Origin: Planctomycetales bacterium
Lineage (GTDB): Bacteria; 4484-113; JAFGCY01
Length of the DNA: 32,000 nt
Assembly: GCA_022646745.1 (NCBI GenBank)
Contig: CP060262.1
Span: 3,180,001-3,212,000, forward strand
Direction of reading: 5' to 3'
The notes under the pieces were generated by a model, which was not told the DNA's origin, searched no databases, and worked only from the letters and a program-made list of their open reading frames with translations. Of this stretch, positions 29,379-32,000 are shown one piece after another. Every line of letters begins with the position of its first letter. Position 1 is the stretch's first letter. Made by a program: the position numbers and the translations under genes.

Positions 29379-30302
29379 ATGCAGATTATTGTGACCGGCG
29401 GGGCCGGCTTCATCGGGTCCAGACTGGTCTCTGCGCTGGAAGCGTTCGATTCAGGACACCGGGTCGTGGTCGTAGATGACTTCAGTTCCGGGGACTTCCG
29501 TAACCTGCGCCATTTCAAGGGTGACATCATTTCCCGCCCCTGCGAGGAACTGGACTGGGACCAGCACTTCGGCCGCCAGGAAATCGTCAGCATCTACCAT
29601 CTCGCCTCCATCACCGACACCACGGTAAGCAACCAGCGCGAAATGGTTGAACGCAACGTGGAATCCTTCCGCCGCATCCTGCGCTTCAGCCAGAGCCGCG
29701 GATTCCCCGTAGTTTACGCGAGCAGCGCGGCTACCTATGGGCAGGCTGACGGACTGATGAAGGTCGAGCAGCAGGCAGCACCGGCAAATGTCTACGGCTT
29801 CAGCAAGATGATCCTCGACAACCTTGGAGAGGAAGCCCGGGAACTTGGTATGCGCGTTTCCGGAGTGCGCTATTTCAATGTCTATGGACCACATGAGGCA
29901 CACAAGGGCAAGATGGCCAGCATGGTCTTCCAGCTATATCGCCAGATGAAAGCTGGGCAGCGCCCGCGAGTTTTCGAAACAGGACAGCACCTGCGTGACT
30001 TCGTCTATGTGGATGACGTCGTGGCAGGGACGATGCTTGCCGCGACAAGCGAAGCCGGTATCTACAACATCGGTAGCGGTAAGGCCCGCAGCTTCAACGA
30101 CATCATAGCCATTCTCAATGAATGCCTCGGTACGGATCTTGAGCCGGAGTACATCCCCAATCCATACATTGCGTTCTACCAGAACCATACCGAAGCCGAC
30201 ATCAGCCGCTCGAAGAAGAAACTTGGCTATGAGCCCCAGTACGGGCTCAAGAAAGGCATCCGGGCATACGTGGACTGGCTCAGTAGCAACGACGCAGCCT
30301 GA
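29379..30302 (+). CDS. hldD: ADP-L-glycero-D-manno-heptose 6-epimerase
   Basis: MQIIVTGGAGFIGS, YASSAATYG, NVYGFSK (YxxxK), RYFNVYGPHEAHKGKMASMVFQL and RDFVYVDDV align with E. coli HldD/RfaD as I recall it. I used the ATG at 29379 rather than the ORF-track start at 29322. Confidence 0.9.
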   Translation: MQIIVTGGAGFIGSRLVSALEAFDSGHRVVVVDDFSSGDFRNLRHFKGDIISRPCEELDWDQHFGRQEIVSIYHLASITDTTVSNQREMVERNVESFRRILRFSQSRGFPVVYASSAATYGQADGLMKVEQQAAPANVYGFSKMILDNLGEEARELGMRVSGVRYFNVYGPHEAHKGKMASMVFQLYRQMKAGQRPRVFETGQHLRDFVYVDDVVAGTMLAATSEAGIYNIGSGKARSFNDIIAILNECLGTDLEPEYIPNPYIAFYQNHTEADISRSKKKLGYEPQYGLKKGIRAYVDWLSSNDAA

Positions 30303-30697
30303 TGCCAGCCAGACAGCATTTCACCTCTGGCAACATCTGGGAGCAGCGTGCCGGATTCAGCCGCGCCATCCGTGTAGGGGACACTGTGTACACCGCTGGC
30401 ACGATCGCTGTCGATAAGGAAGGCAGGACCCAGGGTGCTGGTTGCTACGAGCAGTGCATCTACATTAGCAAGCTGCTAGGCGGCATCCTCGAACAGGCCG
30501 GCAGCTCACTACAGAACGTAGTACGGGTGCGCGCTTACCTCGTAAACAAGGAAGATGCATCGGAGTTCACACGATTCCAGCGAGATGTGTTCGGCGATAT
30601 CAGGCCTGTCGCCACCTGCGTGATTGTCAGCGGCCTGTTTGGCGAGGGAACTGTTGTGGAACTTGAACTGGTGGCAGTGGATCAAGCTCAGGACTGA
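30302..30697 (+). CDS. RidA/YjgF/YER057c family protein
   Basis: The 131-aa product has the size and motifs of the Rid family: RAIRVGDTVYTAGTIAVDKEG, NVVRVRAYL and VELELVAV. Its start overlaps the hldD stop by 1 nt (TGATG). Confidence 0.78.
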   Translation: MPARQHFTSGNIWEQRAGFSRAIRVGDTVYTAGTIAVDKEGRTQGAGCYEQCIYISKLLGGILEQAGSSLQNVVRVRAYLVNKEDASEFTRFQRDVFGDIRPVATCVIVSGLFGEGTVVELELVAVDQAQD

Positions 30698-31110
30698 TTT
30701 ACATCCTCTTCACTATCCACTTCATCCGAAGCAGCCGCATTACCTTCATCAGGGTTGCCAGCATGAGTCAATGCATCCTCTCCGGGAACATCCTCAGATG
30801 CATTTCCAGCATCCATGGAAGCCGGATCAATCTCGATAGTGAAGCTCAGGGATGCGTCGTTGCTATCCTTCCAGAAGGCCCGCACCGTGCTTTCCTCGCC
30901 GAAGGCGATGAATGCAAGGCGGCTTGGCTTGCTGGCAACTGAGATCTGCGGAGGCGTGACTTCCTCCAGGCTGGCGATTGAAACAGGTGATGGCAGTGCA
31001 TAGATGTAGGTGACACAGACCATCCCGAGAAGGAGTGATCCCAGGATCCAGGCAAGGAATACTCGTGCCAGTCGCCGCTGCACCCCCTGATTGTAACTGA
31101 TCCCAGCCAA
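30688..31110 (-). CDS. Hypothetical N-terminally anchored protein with an acidic C-terminal tail
   Basis: It has a single TM/signal-anchor (VFLAWILGSLLLGMVCVTYIYAL) and a D/E-rich C-terminus. The ORF-track start is TTG; an internal GTG preceded by AGGGGG is an alternative, so the start is uncertain. I recognise no family. Confidence 0.4.
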   Translation of the reverse strand: MAGISYNQGVQRRLARVFLAWILGSLLLGMVCVTYIYALPSPVSIASLEEVTPPQISVASKPSRLAFIAFGEESTVRAFWKDSNDASLSFTIEIDPASMDAGNASEDVPGEDALTHAGNPDEGNAAASDEVDSEEDVNQS

Positions 31111-31165
31111 CAGGAAGTTTTCGATATAATCAAGGAACTAAGCGATAGCATGTAGAGGGACAGAC

Positions 31166-32000
31166 ATGTTCTACGACAGACGTTCAACGTTATGGGGGAA
31201 AGTTGCTTCGTGCCTACTCCCGGTTTTATGTGCCATGCTCCTGGGCAGTTGTGAAAAGCGTGATGAGTATGGAGTGCTGGTAGGTGATTCCGGTCTGAAG
31301 CCCGGCATCAACTACATGCAGCCGAATAAATGGGAAATCACCTACCGGTACAAGGTCAAGGAGATCATCCCGACGCGCATTTCCCGCGATAAAAAACCGG
31401 CCGCCATTGATTCAGGCACTCCCGTGGTTGGTCCAGGCACTTTTGAGGTCTGGCTGTGTGGCCCGATGGCATGCGACGAGGTGCGTGACGTAAAGCTGAC
31501 TTATGTGAACCCTGAACCAACGGCCCAGGAATATGATGAGGACCAGGGAATCACTTATCTCTATTATGATTTTGCGCCGGATAACCGCTTGCCTCACAAC
31601 TTCGCAGTCGAAGCAACCTGGACCTGCTATACCTTCGAGCGCTACACGCACTGGAAGGATATTGAAAAGATGATCAAGCCCTACGACAAGGAAAGCGAAC
31701 TCTACAAGCGTTATACGCAGGAGGAGTATCCAATCGTCTTTCACAAGGGCCTCAACAAGGACGCGAAGGATCATGTCAACGTATCTGACCCCGATGACAT
31801 CATTGGAACCTGCCTCAACATTTATAACGACATAGTTGTCAACTACAACTATGACTTCCTGAAGATGGGATATTCACAATATGGTGAAGATGGCCTCCTC
31901 CCGACAGACAGAGTATGGATTAACAAACGCGGAGTATGTGACGAGTTTGCCAACATCTTCTGTGCAATGGCCAGGGTCAACGGCATACCAGCACGCCCCT
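31166..32000 (+). CDS. Transglutaminase-like (cysteine protease fold) lipoprotein, 5' fragment; 3' end lies outside the window
   Basis: I translated this by hand and the frame is open from the ATG at 31166 to the window end. The lipobox is CAMLLGS-C. The transglutaminase-core active-site context GVCDEFANIFCAMARVNGIPARP sits at the end. A GAGGGA SD is present. The ORF is missing from the ORF track because no stop lies inside the window. Confidence 0.8.
   Translation, partial: MFYDRRSTLWGKVASCLLPVLCAMLLGSCEKRDEYGVLVGDSGLKPGINYMQPNKWEITYRYKVKEIIPTRISRDKKPAAIDSGTPVVGPGTFEVWLCGPMACDEVRDVKLTYVNPEPTAQEYDEDQGITYLYYDFAPDNRLPHNFAVEATWTCYTFERYTHWKDIEKMIKPYDKESELYKRYTQEEYPIVFHKGLNKDAKDHVNVSDPDDIIGTCLNIYNDIVVNYNYDFLKMGYSQYGEDGLLPTDRVWINKRGVCDEFANIFCAMARVNGIPARP

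Overview
This 32 kb window looks like chromosomal DNA from a diderm (Gram-negative-type) bacterium. Spot counts give about 55-62% GC in most genes and about 47-48% in one stretch. I support about 30 protein genes, two of them truncated at the window edges and absent from the ORF track, plus one initiator tRNA-fMet. I saw no rRNA, CRISPR array, transposase or integrase.

Gene content from left to right:
- hutI (3' end), hutH and an SDR gene.
- A minus-strand crotonase-family gene followed by a fused membrane / Fe-S (NarI/DsrM-like plus HdrD/DsrK-like) oxidoreductase.
- A small membrane protein and tRNA-fMet with a near-consensus promoter.
- A 957-aa lipoprotein built from a dockerin-like module, 4 FN3-like modules and an 8-blade PQQ-like propeller.
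- Two tandem DUF302 genes, one exported and one cytoplasmic.
- feoA, feoB and a FeoB-associated Cys-rich peptide, on the minus strand.
- A MocR-type (GntR-HTH plus aminotransferase) regulator translationally coupled to a 673-aa dockerin-bearing lipoprotein.
- After a strong terminator, a signal-peptide multiheme cytochrome (9 CxxCH plus 1 CxxxxCH) coupled to a 594-aa predicted outer-membrane beta-barrel with an N-terminal CxxC motif.
- elbB, tilS, mnmE and a DMT/EamA transporter.
- On the minus strand, a membrane protein, secA, a doubtful small ORF and a DksA-like protein that lacks two of the four zinc-finger cysteines.
- hldD, a RidA-family gene, a hypothetical anchored acidic protein, and the 5' part of a transglutaminase-like lipoprotein.

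The most system-like and least ordinary element is the cytochrome/beta-barrel pair. It resembles an MtrAB/MtoAB/PioAB-type porin-cytochrome conduit for extracellular electron transfer. It sits in an iron-themed neighbourhood (Feo, DUF302) next to heme-free dockerin lipoproteins.

All functional calls rest on motif recognition by eye and recalled family knowledge. No database search was run.
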